Shown piece by piece: positions 41,129 through 50,204 of a DNA stretch of 64,000 nucleotides (position 1 is the stretch's first letter; each line of letters begins with the position of its first letter). This DNA comes from an uncultured delta proteobacterium (GTDB lineage Bacteria; Myxococcota_A; Polyangia; Polyangiales; Polyangiaceae), in the NCBI GenBank assembly GCA_963782055.1, contig CAWAIF010000003.1, forward strand, positions 1-64,000, given 5' to 3'. The notes beneath the pieces were generated by a model. It was not told the DNA's origin, searched no databases, and worked only from the letters and a program-made list of their open reading frames with translations. Position numbers and translations under genes: made by a program.

Positions 41129-42160
41129 ATGCGCCTCGCGTCGTTGAAGCTCTACGGTCTGGGCGTCCTGGACGGCACGTCGGTGGCGCTGGGTGACGAC
41201 GAGGTGAGCGCGCGCGCTCTCACGGTGCTCTTCGGCGCCGACGGCGTCGGGAAGACCACCATCCTCGCCGCGATCGCCTCGACGCGGCCGGGCTATGCCT
41301 TCCCGCTCGCGCTGCGCGCGCGGGCGCGCGAGAGGGAGGAGAGCTCGCCTGCCTACGCGGTGACGGAGTGGCTGCTCGGCGACGACGACCCGGAGCGACC
41401 TCACCCGCTCGTCGTCTGCAGCCCCAACACCCCCATCGCCGAGGGCGACGGCGTGGCGCTGCTGCGGCGGCGCGAGCAGGCTCTGTTCGACAGGAAGGCG
41501 CAGCAGCGCGGGCACGTGCTCGTCACCGTCTCCGGCGCGCGGTGGTTCTCCCGCACCCCGGTGCTGCTGACGACGCCGGAGCGCACCGTCGCCCGATACG
41601 ACGTGCGGGCCTCCGCCAGCTTCGACGACGCCGGGCGCGCGGACATGGCGCGGGAGACGAAGCAGGTGCTGACCTACGCCGGCATCGCCCGCGCGCTCGA
41701 GCCGGAGGGGCGGCTCCCCGCCCTCGACCGCGCCGTGCGCGAGGTATGCGAGATCCTCCTGGAGCCGTACGGCGTGCGGTACTCCGGGCCGAGCGCGACC
41801 ACACTCGAGCCGGTCTTCGAGCGCGAGGGTCGCCCCGCCAGCTTCGAGGACCTGCCTCGCGGCGCGCGTCACCTGCTCGCCATCGGCGCGGGCGCGCTGC
41901 GCGCCCTCTACGGCGCCTTCGACACCGGGGACGTCCGCTTCCGGGAGGGCGTCGTGCTGGTCGACGACCTGGAGTCTCAGCAGGACGCGGGCATCCAGCG
42001 GCTGCTCCCCGCGCTGCTGCGCCAGGCGCTGCCGCGCGTGCAGTGGGTGGTGGCCACGTCGTCCCCGGCGATCACACTCGGCTGCACCGGCGGCGAGGTG
42101 GTCGCGCTGCGCCGCGCCGCCGGCCGCGTGGAGCTCCAGGAGCGGGCGATCATCCACTGA
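41129..42160 (+). CDS. ABC/AAA_21-like ATPase with degenerate catalytic motifs
   Basis: Walker A GADGVGKT, LPRG signature-like, VLVDDLE Walker B, VATSS switch region. Confidence 0.75.
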   Translation: MRLASLKLYGLGVLDGTSVALGDDEVSARALTVLFGADGVGKTTILAAIASTRPGYAFPLALRARAREREESSPAYAVTEWLLGDDDPERPHPLVVCSPNTPIAEGDGVALLRRREQALFDRKAQQRGHVLVTVSGARWFSRTPVLLTTPERTVARYDVRASASFDDAGRADMARETKQVLTYAGIARALEPEGRLPALDRAVREVCEILLEPYGVRYSGPSATTLEPVFEREGRPASFEDLPRGARHLLAIGAGALRALYGAFDTGDVRFREGVVLVDDLESQQDAGIQRLLPALLRQALPRVQWVVATSSPAITLGCTGGEVVALRRAAGRVELQERAIIH

Positions 42161-42180
42161 TCAGGGGATATGCTTCCTCG

Positions 42181-43827
42181 GTGAAGCTCCGAATCCCCGG
42201 CAAGTCCGAGCGCCGCCTCGCCGCGGCCATCCTGGTGGTGGCGATCATCCCGCTGGTGACCGCCATCTTCCTGGCGAGCTCCCTCTTCTCGCAGGCGACG
42301 GCGATCTGGTTCAACCCGGAGGTGGGCCAGCAGCTCGATCGCGGCGTGCTCGTCTACAAGGACTACGTCAACGCGGTGAAGGACGACATGCGCCACCAGA
42401 CCGACGCCGTCGCCGCCGACGAGTCGCTGCGCGAGGCCGCGCACGAGGGCGACGGGGCCGCGGTCGCCGCCGCGCTGGACCGGCTCTTCCCCCACTACCC
42501 CGAGCTGGTCAGCCTCGCGGTGCAGGGCCCCGACGGCAACGAGGTGGGCCGCCACGACCGCGGTCGCCCCGTCGACGAGACCAAGGAGCGCAAGCTGGAC
42601 GTGGTGCGCGCGCTGGGCGACGGCGCCGACGCGCCCCTCCTGCGCGCCACCTTCGCGGTCGATCGCAAGCGCATCGACGAGCTGGCGACGACCGGCCCCG
42701 TGGTGACCAGGTACCACCAGCTGGAGAAGTCGCGCTCGCAGGTCTACGACGCGTACGTCCGCGCCTTCGCCGCGCTGGCGGGCATCACCATGCTCCTCGC
42801 CCTCGCCGTGGGGATCGTCCTCGCGCGCGGGGTCACCCGGCGTATCAATCGCCTGCACGCGGCGATCGACGTCGTCGCCAAGGGCGGTGACCTCTCCGTC
42901 CGCGTGCCGGTCACGGGCTCCGACGAGCTGACCGAGCTGGCGCGCACCTTCAACGGCATGCTCGGAGAGATGGCCGCGTCGCGCGCGCGCATCGAGTATC
43001 TGCAGCGCGTGGGCGCCTGGCAGGAGATGGCGCAGCGCCTGGCGCACGAGATCAAGAACCCGCTCACGCCCATCCAGCTCGCGGTGCAGGAGTGCCACCG
43101 CAAGTACCCGGGCGACGACCCCAAGTACCGCGCGCTGCTCGACACCACCCTGGAGGTGGTCGAGGAGGAAGTGGGGACGCTGCGCCGCCTCGTCGGCGAC
43201 TTCTCCAGCTTCGCCCGCCTGCCCAACGCCGACCTGCGCGACGCCGACCTCACCGACTTCCTGCAAGACTGCAAGGACCAGCTGGTTCACATGGAGGACG
43301 TCGCCGACTCGGTGGAGGAGGCCCCCCTGCCCGACGGCGAGGCGCCGGCCATCTCCGGCGCGGCGATCGTGGAGTGGGACGAGCCGGACGGCCCCCTCGC
43401 CGCCGCCATCGACCGGCAGATGCTCCGCCGGGTGCTCGTCAACCTGGTGCGCAACGCGGTGCAGGCCCTCCGCGACGCGCGCGCCGGAGACGACAGCGCG
43501 GCCCCCGGGCACGTGCGGGTGCACGCCGCCGCCGACGGCGCGGGCTCGGCCATCACCGTCGAGGACGACGGCCCCGGCATCCCGGAGGCCACGCGCGAGC
43601 GCATCTTCGACCCGTACTTCACGACGAAGGTGGACGGCACCGGCCTCGGCCTCGCCATCGTGAAGAAGATCGTCGTCGACCACGGCGGGTCCATCGAGGT
43701 GGACCGGAGCCCGGACCTCGGAGGCGCGCGCTTCGTCATCCACCTGCCGGCGCCGCGCTCCCTGGAGATCGAGGCCGCCCGGCAGGCCCGCGCCCGCGCG
43801 CGGGAGGCCGGCGTCGCGACCGCCTGA
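42181..43827 (+). CDS. NtrY-like HAMP sensor histidine kinase
   Basis: Two TMs, HAMP, WQEMAQRLAHEIKNPLTPIQL, DDGPGI, GTGLGL. Confidence 0.92.
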   Translation: MKLRIPGKSERRLAAAILVVAIIPLVTAIFLASSLFSQATAIWFNPEVGQQLDRGVLVYKDYVNAVKDDMRHQTDAVAADESLREAAHEGDGAAVAAALDRLFPHYPELVSLAVQGPDGNEVGRHDRGRPVDETKERKLDVVRALGDGADAPLLRATFAVDRKRIDELATTGPVVTRYHQLEKSRSQVYDAYVRAFAALAGITMLLALAVGIVLARGVTRRINRLHAAIDVVAKGGDLSVRVPVTGSDELTELARTFNGMLGEMAASRARIEYLQRVGAWQEMAQRLAHEIKNPLTPIQLAVQECHRKYPGDDPKYRALLDTTLEVVEEEVGTLRRLVGDFSSFARLPNADLRDADLTDFLQDCKDQLVHMEDVADSVEEAPLPDGEAPAISGAAIVEWDEPDGPLAAAIDRQMLRRVLVNLVRNAVQALRDARAGDDSAAPGHVRVHAAADGAGSAITVEDDGPGIPEATRERIFDPYFTTKVDGTGLGLAIVKKIVVDHGGSIEVDRSPDLGGARFVIHLPAPRSLEIEAARQARARAREAGVATA

Positions 43828-43853
43828 CGTGCGCGTGCTACAACACCCCGCGC

Positions 43854-44432
43854 ATGGCCAACACCGCCCAGGCCGAAGGCAGCTCGAGCCCGCTCTACGT
43901 CATCGCGGGCGCCCTGCTCATCGTCGCGCTGCTGCTGGGCTTCGCCTGGCTGCCCCGCCTCTTCGCGTCGGCGGACCCGACGACCACCGGGCGGGCCGCG
44001 CCCGACTTCAAGGTGCCGCTGGTCGCCAACGCCGAGGTGCTCTCCCACCCGCCGAACCTGGCGCCGCAGACGTTGTCGATGGCAGACCTGAAGGGCAAGG
44101 CCGTGCTGCTCGACTTCTGGGCCACGTGGTGTGGCCCTTGCCGGGCCGAGGCCCCCATCGTGGACCGCGTCGCCCGGCGCTACCGTGACCGCGGCCTCGT
44201 CGTCGTCGGCGTCAACACCAGCGACGAGGCAGGCAACGCGGCCCCGTGGGCGAAGGCGCACGGGATCTCCTACCCCATCGCCTTCGATCAGGGGGACAAC
44301 GTGGCGCGCGTCTTCGGCGTGGAGAACCTGCCGACGCTCGTGGTCATCGGCAAAAATGGGAAGATCGTCGCCACGCGCATGGGCATGACCGACGGCGCGG
44401 AGCTGGAGCGCCTGGTGAACCAGGCCCTGTAG
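43854..44432 (+). CDS. TlpA-family thiol-disulfide reductase
   Basis: N-terminal TM, DFWATWCGPC, LPT. Confidence 0.92.
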   Translation: MANTAQAEGSSSPLYVIAGALLIVALLLGFAWLPRLFASADPTTTGRAAPDFKVPLVANAEVLSHPPNLAPQTLSMADLKGKAVLLDFWATWCGPCRAEAPIVDRVARRYRDRGLVVVGVNTSDEAGNAAPWAKAHGISYPIAFDQGDNVARVFGVENLPTLVVIGKNGKIVATRMGMTDGAELERLVNQAL

Positions 44433-44496
44433 CGAGGCCGCGCCGCGCCGGCGGGGTTGGTCTGCACGCCCGCAGGTGCTTACCTTCGTGCTCGAG

Positions 44497-45273
44497 ATGA
44501 CGCGGGCGTGGCTGGCATTCCTCCTCGGGGCGCTCGTGCTGCTCGTCGCCCCGGCGGCGCGAGCGTACGAGCCCCCGCCCCTTCACGGCCACGTCGTGGA
44601 CACCTCCGGGCGCCTCTCGGCCGCCGACGTCTCGGCGATCGACGCGCGGCTGGACGCCGTGATGCAGCGGGACGGCTTCGCCATCGTGGTGTTCGTCGTC
44701 GGCTCGCTGGACGGGCAGACCATCGAGGACGTCGCCTACGACACCTTCAACACCTGGGGCGTCGGCCGCGCGAAGAAGGACGACGGCGTGCTCCTCGTCA
44801 TCGCGCCGAAGGAGCGGCGCGTGCGCATCGAGGTGGGGCGCGGGCTGGAGGGCGCCCTCACCGACCTGGAGAGCAACGACATCATCCGCCAGACCATCGG
44901 CCCGAAGCTGGCCGCCGGCGACCTGCGCGGCGGCATCGACGCGGGCACCGCGCGCATCGTGGAGACCCTGGCGCGAAACGGCGCGGGGGAGTCGGGTGCC
45001 GCGTCGTCGGGGAGCTCGCACGCATCTCCTCGCGGTCCGCCCGGCGCGGCCCCGCACCTCAGCGTGCTGCAGCAGATCGGGCTCTTCGCGATCTTCGCGC
45101 TGATCGTCGTGCTGCTCATCGTCTCGCCGACGTTTCGATCCATCTTCTTCTGGATCCTCTGGGGCATGGTCTTCCGGGGCGGCGGAGGCGGAGGAGGAGG
45201 GTGGTCCACCGGCTCCGGCTACTCCGGCGGCGGCGGGAGCAGCGGCGGCGGCGGCTCGTCGGGCAGCTACTGA
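44497..45273 (+). CDS. TPM domain protein (YgcG-like)
   Basis: WGVG..KDDGVLLVIA..ER.VRIEVG.GLEG.LTD; Gly-rich tail. Confidence 0.92.
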   Translation: MTRAWLAFLLGALVLLVAPAARAYEPPPLHGHVVDTSGRLSAADVSAIDARLDAVMQRDGFAIVVFVVGSLDGQTIEDVAYDTFNTWGVGRAKKDDGVLLVIAPKERRVRIEVGRGLEGALTDLESNDIIRQTIGPKLAAGDLRGGIDAGTARIVETLARNGAGESGAASSGSSHASPRGPPGAAPHLSVLQQIGLFAIFALIVVLLIVSPTFRSIFFWILWGMVFRGGGGGGGGWSTGSGYSGGGGSSGGGGSSGSY

Positions 45274-46082
45274 GCGCTCCGCGTCGAGGGGCGCGCCCGC
45301 ATGGGCAGGAAGAAGCGCGAGCCGGTGAGGTCGTTGACGCCGCAGTAGAGGTCCGCGTCGAAGGTCTCCTTCAGCTGCCGGTAGGTCATCACCTCCTCGA
45401 CGGTACCGACGGCGACGAAGCGCCCGCCCTTCGCCAGCACCACGCGCGTGGCGTACTCCGCCGCCGCGTTGAGGTCGTGCATCGACACCACCACGGCGAG
45501 GTGCTCGTCGGCGGCGAGATCGGTGAGCAGGCCGTAGAGCGCGACCTGGTGCCGGACATCCAGGAAGGCGCCCGGCTCGTCCAGCAGCAGCACGCGCGGC
45601 TCCTGCGCGAGCGCCCGCGCCACCGCCACCCGCTTCTGCTCGCCGCCGGAGAGCTCGTCCACCCGGCGAGACGCGAGGGCGCTCAGGTCGCACCGCTCCA
45701 GCGTCCGGGCCACCACCCGCTCGTCCTCCGCCCCGGCGCGCATCCAGGTGTCCTGGTGGGGGGCCCGGCCCATCATGACGACCTCCAGCACCGTAAACCC
45801 GAAGGTGACGTCCGTCTGCTGCGCGACCATCGCCACCCGTCGCGCCACCTCCCGCCGGCCGATCGCGCCCAGCTCCTCCCCGAAGAGGTGGACGGTCCCG
45901 CGGGTGGGCGCCAGCACACCCGAGAGCACGCGAAGCAGCGTGGACTTGCCCGCGCCGTTCGGCCCGAGCACCCCCACGAGCTCCCCCGGCGCGACAGCGA
46001 GGTGGGCGTCCTGGAGCGCCGGCTCCCGCCCCGCCGCGTAGCGGACCTCCGCCCCCCGCGCTTCGATGACCGCTTCCGGCAT
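45267..46082 (-). CDS. Iron-complex/cobalamin ABC transporter ATP-binding protein (FecE/BtuD-like)
   Basis: GPNGAGKST, VMMGRAPH, LSGGEQKR, LLDEP, MHDLN. Confidence 0.9.
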   Translation of the reverse strand: MPEAVIEARGAEVRYAAGREPALQDAHLAVAPGELVGVLGPNGAGKSTLLRVLSGVLAPTRGTVHLFGEELGAIGRREVARRVAMVAQQTDVTFGFTVLEVVMMGRAPHQDTWMRAGAEDERVVARTLERCDLSALASRRVDELSGGEQKRVAVARALAQEPRVLLLDEPGAFLDVRHQVALYGLLTDLAADEHLAVVVSMHDLNAAAEYATRVVLAKGGRFVAVGTVEEVMTYRQLKETFDADLYCGVNDLTGSRFFLPMRARPSTRSAQ

Positions 46083-46196
46083 GGAGAATCCCTTCCCTTC
46101 CTCGCTCGACCGCCGCATCATACCCGTGTGCGCGCGGCACGCCTGGGTCCTCGCGGGGGACGGCAGGTGTCGCAGCCCCAACCCGAGGAGCCCGCC

Positions 46197-46838
46197 GTGG
46201 ATGCCAAACCCGAAGTCTCGACCGCGTCGACGCCGTCGGAGCGTGGGCGTCGCATCATCAAGCGCTACTCCAACCGCAAGCTCTACGACACCAAGGACAG
46301 CCGCTACGTCACGCTGCTGCAGATCGCCGGGATGGTGCGCACCGGCGAAGAGGTGCAGATCATCGACAACAACTCCAAGGAAGATCTGACCGAGGTCACC
46401 CTCGCGCAGATCATCTACGAGGAGAAGAAGGCGCACAGCCACACGGTCCCGCTGCAGACACTGAAGGAGCTCATCCACCAGCGCACCGAGAAGGTCTTGT
46501 CCGAACTGAGGGAGGGTCCCATCGGCCGGCTCATCCCCGGCCAGAAGGAAAAGGAGAAAGTGACACCTGCCCCCGCCCCCCCCATCCCCGAGCCGCCGAA
46601 GAGCGAGTCCGCGGCCGGCAAGCAGACGCTGGTCGAGCAGGCGCGCGGCACCCTCGAAGACTGGCAGCACAAGATCGACGAGCGCGTGCGGGCCATCCTG
46701 CCCAGCCTCCTGCCCTGGCAGCAGCTCCAGGCGGAGGTCAAACGACTGAACACCCGTATCGATGAGCTGGAGAAGAAGCTCAAGGCGGCACAGGGCCCCG
46801 CTTCCAGCCGGAACTCCAAGGAAAACTCGAAGGAATAG
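46197..46838 (+). CDS. PhaR-like (PHA synthesis regulator) DNA-binding domain protein
   Basis: RIIKRYSNRKLYDTKDSRYVTL...EDLT..TL.QII; coiled-coil C-terminus. Confidence 0.88.
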   Translation: MDAKPEVSTASTPSERGRRIIKRYSNRKLYDTKDSRYVTLLQIAGMVRTGEEVQIIDNNSKEDLTEVTLAQIIYEEKKAHSHTVPLQTLKELIHQRTEKVLSELREGPIGRLIPGQKEKEKVTPAPAPPIPEPPKSESAAGKQTLVEQARGTLEDWQHKIDERVRAILPSLLPWQQLQAEVKRLNTRIDELEKKLKAAQGPASSRNSKENSKE

Positions 46839-46934
46839 GGCGGCCTGGGGGCCTGTTGACCCTGCACCAACGCGATCCATGCTGTTCTGGAGCGCGTCCG
46901 TCACGTCCGACCCGGACCGCAGGAAGTTCTTGGT

Positions 46935-47609
46935 ATGGCCATCTTCGATACCCCGGCACCTCCCAAAGACGACGCCTTCCTCGACGAGGCGATGTCTCAC
47001 ATGGACGCCATGTACGGCGTCGCCTGCCGGCTGACCCGCAACCCGACGGAGGCGGAGGATCTCGTGCAGGACGCGCTGGTGAAGGCCATGCGCGCGCGCG
47101 ATCAGTTCCAGCCCGGCACCAACCTCAAGGCGTGGCTCTTCCGCATCCTGACCAACACCTTCATCAACAAGTACCGCCGCGGCGGGCTGGAGCGTTCGGT
47201 GCTGGAGGGCCCCGACGCGGACCCTCTCGCCGACGGCTGGGTCAGCGCCGCGACGATGCGTCAGCTCCGCGACCCGGAGCAAGCCGCGCTGATGCCCATC
47301 ATCGAGGGCGAGGTGCAGCGTGCGCTGGACGCCCTGCCGCCGGAGTTTCGTCTCGCGGTCATCCTCTGCGACGTGCAGGAGTTCTCCTACGAGGAGATCG
47401 CCGATATCATGGGCTGTCCCATCGGGACGGTGATGAGCCGGCTCCACCGCGGAAGGAAGCTCTTGCAGAAGGCCCTGTACAGCCACGCCCTCGCCATGGG
47501 CATCGTCAAGGGCGAGGACGTCAGCAAGAAGACCGCCGCGCCGCAGAAGGCCGAGCCCTCTCCAGCCGATCTCGCGGCGTACCGCGCGCGGAAGCGAGGT
47601 GTGGCATGA
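46935..47609 (+). CDS. ECF sigma-70 factor
   Basis: AEDLVQD, NLKAWLFRILTN, SYEEIADIMGCPIGTVMSRLHRGR. Confidence 0.95.
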   Translation: MAIFDTPAPPKDDAFLDEAMSHMDAMYGVACRLTRNPTEAEDLVQDALVKAMRARDQFQPGTNLKAWLFRILTNTFINKYRRGGLERSVLEGPDADPLADGWVSAATMRQLRDPEQAALMPIIEGEVQRALDALPPEFRLAVILCDVQEFSYEEIADIMGCPIGTVMSRLHRGRKLLQKALYSHALAMGIVKGEDVSKKTAAPQKAEPSPADLAAYRARKRGVA

Positions 47610-48433
47610 GCGAGCGCGTCTGCCGTGCCTACTCGCACCTGCTCGGCCCCTTCGCCGACGGCGAGCTCGAGCCCGAAAAGCAGCTGGAGATGGAGTCGCA
47701 CGTCGAGGAGTGCGAGGGCTGCCGCGAGCGCGTGCTGCTCGACGAGGCCATGCGCCACTCCCTCAAGCGCATCACGCGCGTCGAGGCGCCGGCCGCCCTG
47801 CACGCCCGCATCGCCGCGGCGATGACGGCGGAGAAGGCGCGCGGCGGCGTGCGCGAGGACTCGCGCAAGAAGACCCAGGCCTGGCGGACGATCGTCCCGC
47901 TGGCGAGCGCCGCGGCGTTCGCGCTGGCGTGGGGAGCGATGTCGCGCGGCCCGCTGGCGCGCACCACCGCGAGCGACTCGGTCCACGCCGGCTTCGGCGA
48001 CGACCTGCTCTCCGAGCTGGTCTCGGAGCACTCGCGTCCGCTCCCGCCAAGCTGCAAGGGCGCGAGCCAGGTGGGTCAGTTCGAGCAGTACGTGGGCGTG
48101 CCGGTGCGGCCGTCCGCGCTTCCGCGGCGCTCGGCCCATCTGGTGGGTGGCTGCGTGCTCCCGGTGAACAACGAGCGCGCGGCGATGCTCCAGTACGAGG
48201 TCACGCGCGGCGGCGAGACACGCCGCGTGAGCGTGTTCGTCTTCGACCCGCGCCGCATCCAGGTCAACGACCGCGGCCTCACCCCGCGTCCGGTGGGCAC
48301 CGCGGAGGTGCGCGTCGGCCGCTCCAACGGCTACTCGGTGGCGGTGACGCAGCACGCTGGCGTGGGCTACGCCCTCGCGAGCGACATGGACGAGGGCTCC
48401 ACCGCGGAGCTGGCGATGGACACCGGGGACTGA
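47606..48433 (+). CDS. Zinc-binding (zf-HC2) transmembrane anti-sigma factor
   Basis: DGEL...HVEECEGC (HxxxCxxC), then a TM; ATGA overlap with the sigma gene. Confidence 0.9.
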   Translation: MSERVCRAYSHLLGPFADGELEPEKQLEMESHVEECEGCRERVLLDEAMRHSLKRITRVEAPAALHARIAAAMTAEKARGGVREDSRKKTQAWRTIVPLASAAAFALAWGAMSRGPLARTTASDSVHAGFGDDLLSELVSEHSRPLPPSCKGASQVGQFEQYVGVPVRPSALPRRSAHLVGGCVLPVNNERAAMLQYEVTRGGETRRVSVFVFDPRRIQVNDRGLTPRPVGTAEVRVGRSNGYSVAVTQHAGVGYALASDMDEGSTAELAMDTGD

Positions 48434-48512
48434 GCCTCACCCCCCGGCCCCCGCCTCACCCCCCGGCCCCCGCCTCACCCCCCGGCCCCCTCTCCACTTC
48501 GTGGAGAGGGGG
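48434..48512. repeat. 3 x 19-bp tandem repeat running into a 12-bp hairpin (REP-like/possible terminator)
   Basis: GCCTCACCCCCCGGCCCCC x3, then CCCCCTCTCCAC-TTC-GTGGAGAGGGGG; between convergent genes. Confidence 0.85.
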
Positions 48513-48527
48513 AGATGCGCGGGGGGC

Positions 48528-50204
48528 TCACTGGGCGGCGGCGAAGCCGAGCTTGCGGGGGTCGCTCGCGGCGAGGACCTTCACCGCGCCACCGGAGCGG
48601 TCCCACGCGACCATCTGCACGGCGGTCCCGAGGAAGCGCTCCTGCTGCACCTTCTCCCCGCGCTTGCGGAGGCCCTCCCGTACGTCCTCCGCGATCTCCG
48701 GGTCGACGAAGAGCTCCGGGCCCTTGGTGAAGACGCGCGGGGAGGAGACGCACGCCGAGGGGTCCAGCCCGAAGACCAGCCGCGCGACCGCCGCCTGCAT
48801 CACGTTGCTGGCGATGCGCCAGCCGCCGGAGCCGCCGAGGGCGAGGATGGGCGCGCCGTTCTCCAGCACGATGGTGGGCGTCATGCTGGAGACGGGACGC
48901 GCGCGACCGCGCGGCGCGTTGGGACCCGGCGCGGCCACGCCGAACGCGGCCACGTCCTGGGGCTTGGAGAAGTCGTAGAGCTCGTTGTTGAGCAGCACGC
49001 CGGTGTCTCCGGCGAAGATGCGCGCGCCGAAGGGCCCGTTGACCGTGGTGGTGAGGGAGACCACGTTGCCCTCGGCGTCGGCCACGACCAGGTGCGTGGT
49101 GCCCTGCTCCTTCGTCTTGAAGTCGGCGGCCTGGTGCGTGCTGCCTGGCAGGATGCGCTTCCTGCGCGCCGCGAGCTGCGCGGGGTCGAGGGCGTGCTGC
49201 ACCGCCGTGGTGACCGCGGGCTGGAAGTCGGGGTCCGCCAGGTTGCGCGCGCGGTCCGCCACCGCCCCGCGCATGACCTCGGCCAGGGTGTGGAGGTAGA
49301 GGCTCGAGCCGAAGCCCATCGCGCGCAGCGGCGAGGTGCTGTCGGCGCCGTACATGGCCAGCGCCTCCATCGTCATCAGGCCGCCGGCGGAGGGCGGGGG
49401 CATGGCGTAGACCACGCGGGAGCCGAGGGTGCGGGTGAGCGGGGCGCGCTCGCGCACGCGGTAGCCGGAGAGGTCGGCGGCGGTGAGGGAGTCGCCCTCC
49501 GCGTCGGCGGAGGCCACGATCTTGGCGGCGATGTCGCCGTGATAGAAGGGGCGCGAGCCCTGCGCGCCGAACCGGGCGATGGTGCGGGCGAGCGCGGCGC
49601 GACGCCACACGTGGCGGTACCCCAGCGCGTTGCCGCCCGGGTAGAGGATGGGCGCGAGCGGGGTGCCGTCGAGGTAGCGGCGCGTGAAGGCGATCTCGTC
49701 GGCGAGGTGGCGGCCGATCGGGAAGCCGGCGCGCGCGAGACGCGCGGCGGGCATCGCGTCCTGGGCGAGCGAGCGCTTCGCGTAGTGCACGCTCAGCCAC
49801 TCCAGCCCGGCGGGCTCGCCAGGGACGCCGACCGAGGCGCCCCGCTTGCCGTGATCGAACAGGTCCTTCGCGACGATCCCGGCGGGCGCCACCTCGCGAA
49901 AGTCCAGCGCGACGACCTTGTGATCGTGCGCCGAGTACACGAGGGCGAAGCCGCCGCCGCCCAGGCCGCTCGCGCCGGGGTTGACGACGCCGAGCGTGAG
50001 CGCCGCGGCGATGGCGCCGTCGAAGGCGTTGCCTCCGGCGCGCAGCACCTCGACGGCGGCGCGCGTGGCGCGTGCGTCGTCGGTGGCGACGCCGATCCCG
50101 CTTCCCTGCGCGGAGGGTGTGTACGCCGCGCGCGCGGGCAGGCCCGCCGCGAGCAGAACGGTGCTCGAAAGGGAAAAGAGCAGTGCTAGGCTCCGCAGCC
50201 GCAT
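48528..50204 (-). CDS. ggt: Gamma-glutamyltransferase
   Basis: Signal peptide, GGNAFD, SGLGGGGF, DFRE, GTTH (Thr nucleophile), LNNE, SSMTPT, GGSGG, SDPRK. Confidence 0.93.
   Translation of the reverse strand: MRLRSLALLFSLSSTVLLAAGLPARAAYTPSAQGSGIGVATDDARATRAAVEVLRAGGNAFDGAIAAALTLGVVNPGASGLGGGGFALVYSAHDHKVVALDFREVAPAGIVAKDLFDHGKRGASVGVPGEPAGLEWLSVHYAKRSLAQDAMPAARLARAGFPIGRHLADEIAFTRRYLDGTPLAPILYPGGNALGYRHVWRRAALARTIARFGAQGSRPFYHGDIAAKIVASADAEGDSLTAADLSGYRVRERAPLTRTLGSRVVYAMPPPSAGGLMTMEALAMYGADSTSPLRAMGFGSSLYLHTLAEVMRGAVADRARNLADPDFQPAVTTAVQHALDPAQLAARRKRILPGSTHQAADFKTKEQGTTHLVVADAEGNVVSLTTTVNGPFGARIFAGDTGVLLNNELYDFSKPQDVAAFGVAAPGPNAPRGRARPVSSMTPTIVLENGAPILALGGSGGWRIASNVMQAAVARLVFGLDPSACVSSPRVFTKGPELFVDPEIAEDVREGLRKRGEKVQQERFLGTAVQMVAWDRSGGAVKVLAASDPRKLGFAAAQ

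Noticed and set aside
44457..47486. Fusions of PhaR-like or ABC ATPase with long N-termini (793 aa, 739 aa)
   Set aside because: The upstream parts are off-frame or antisense to real genes; true starts are near 46197 and 46082.
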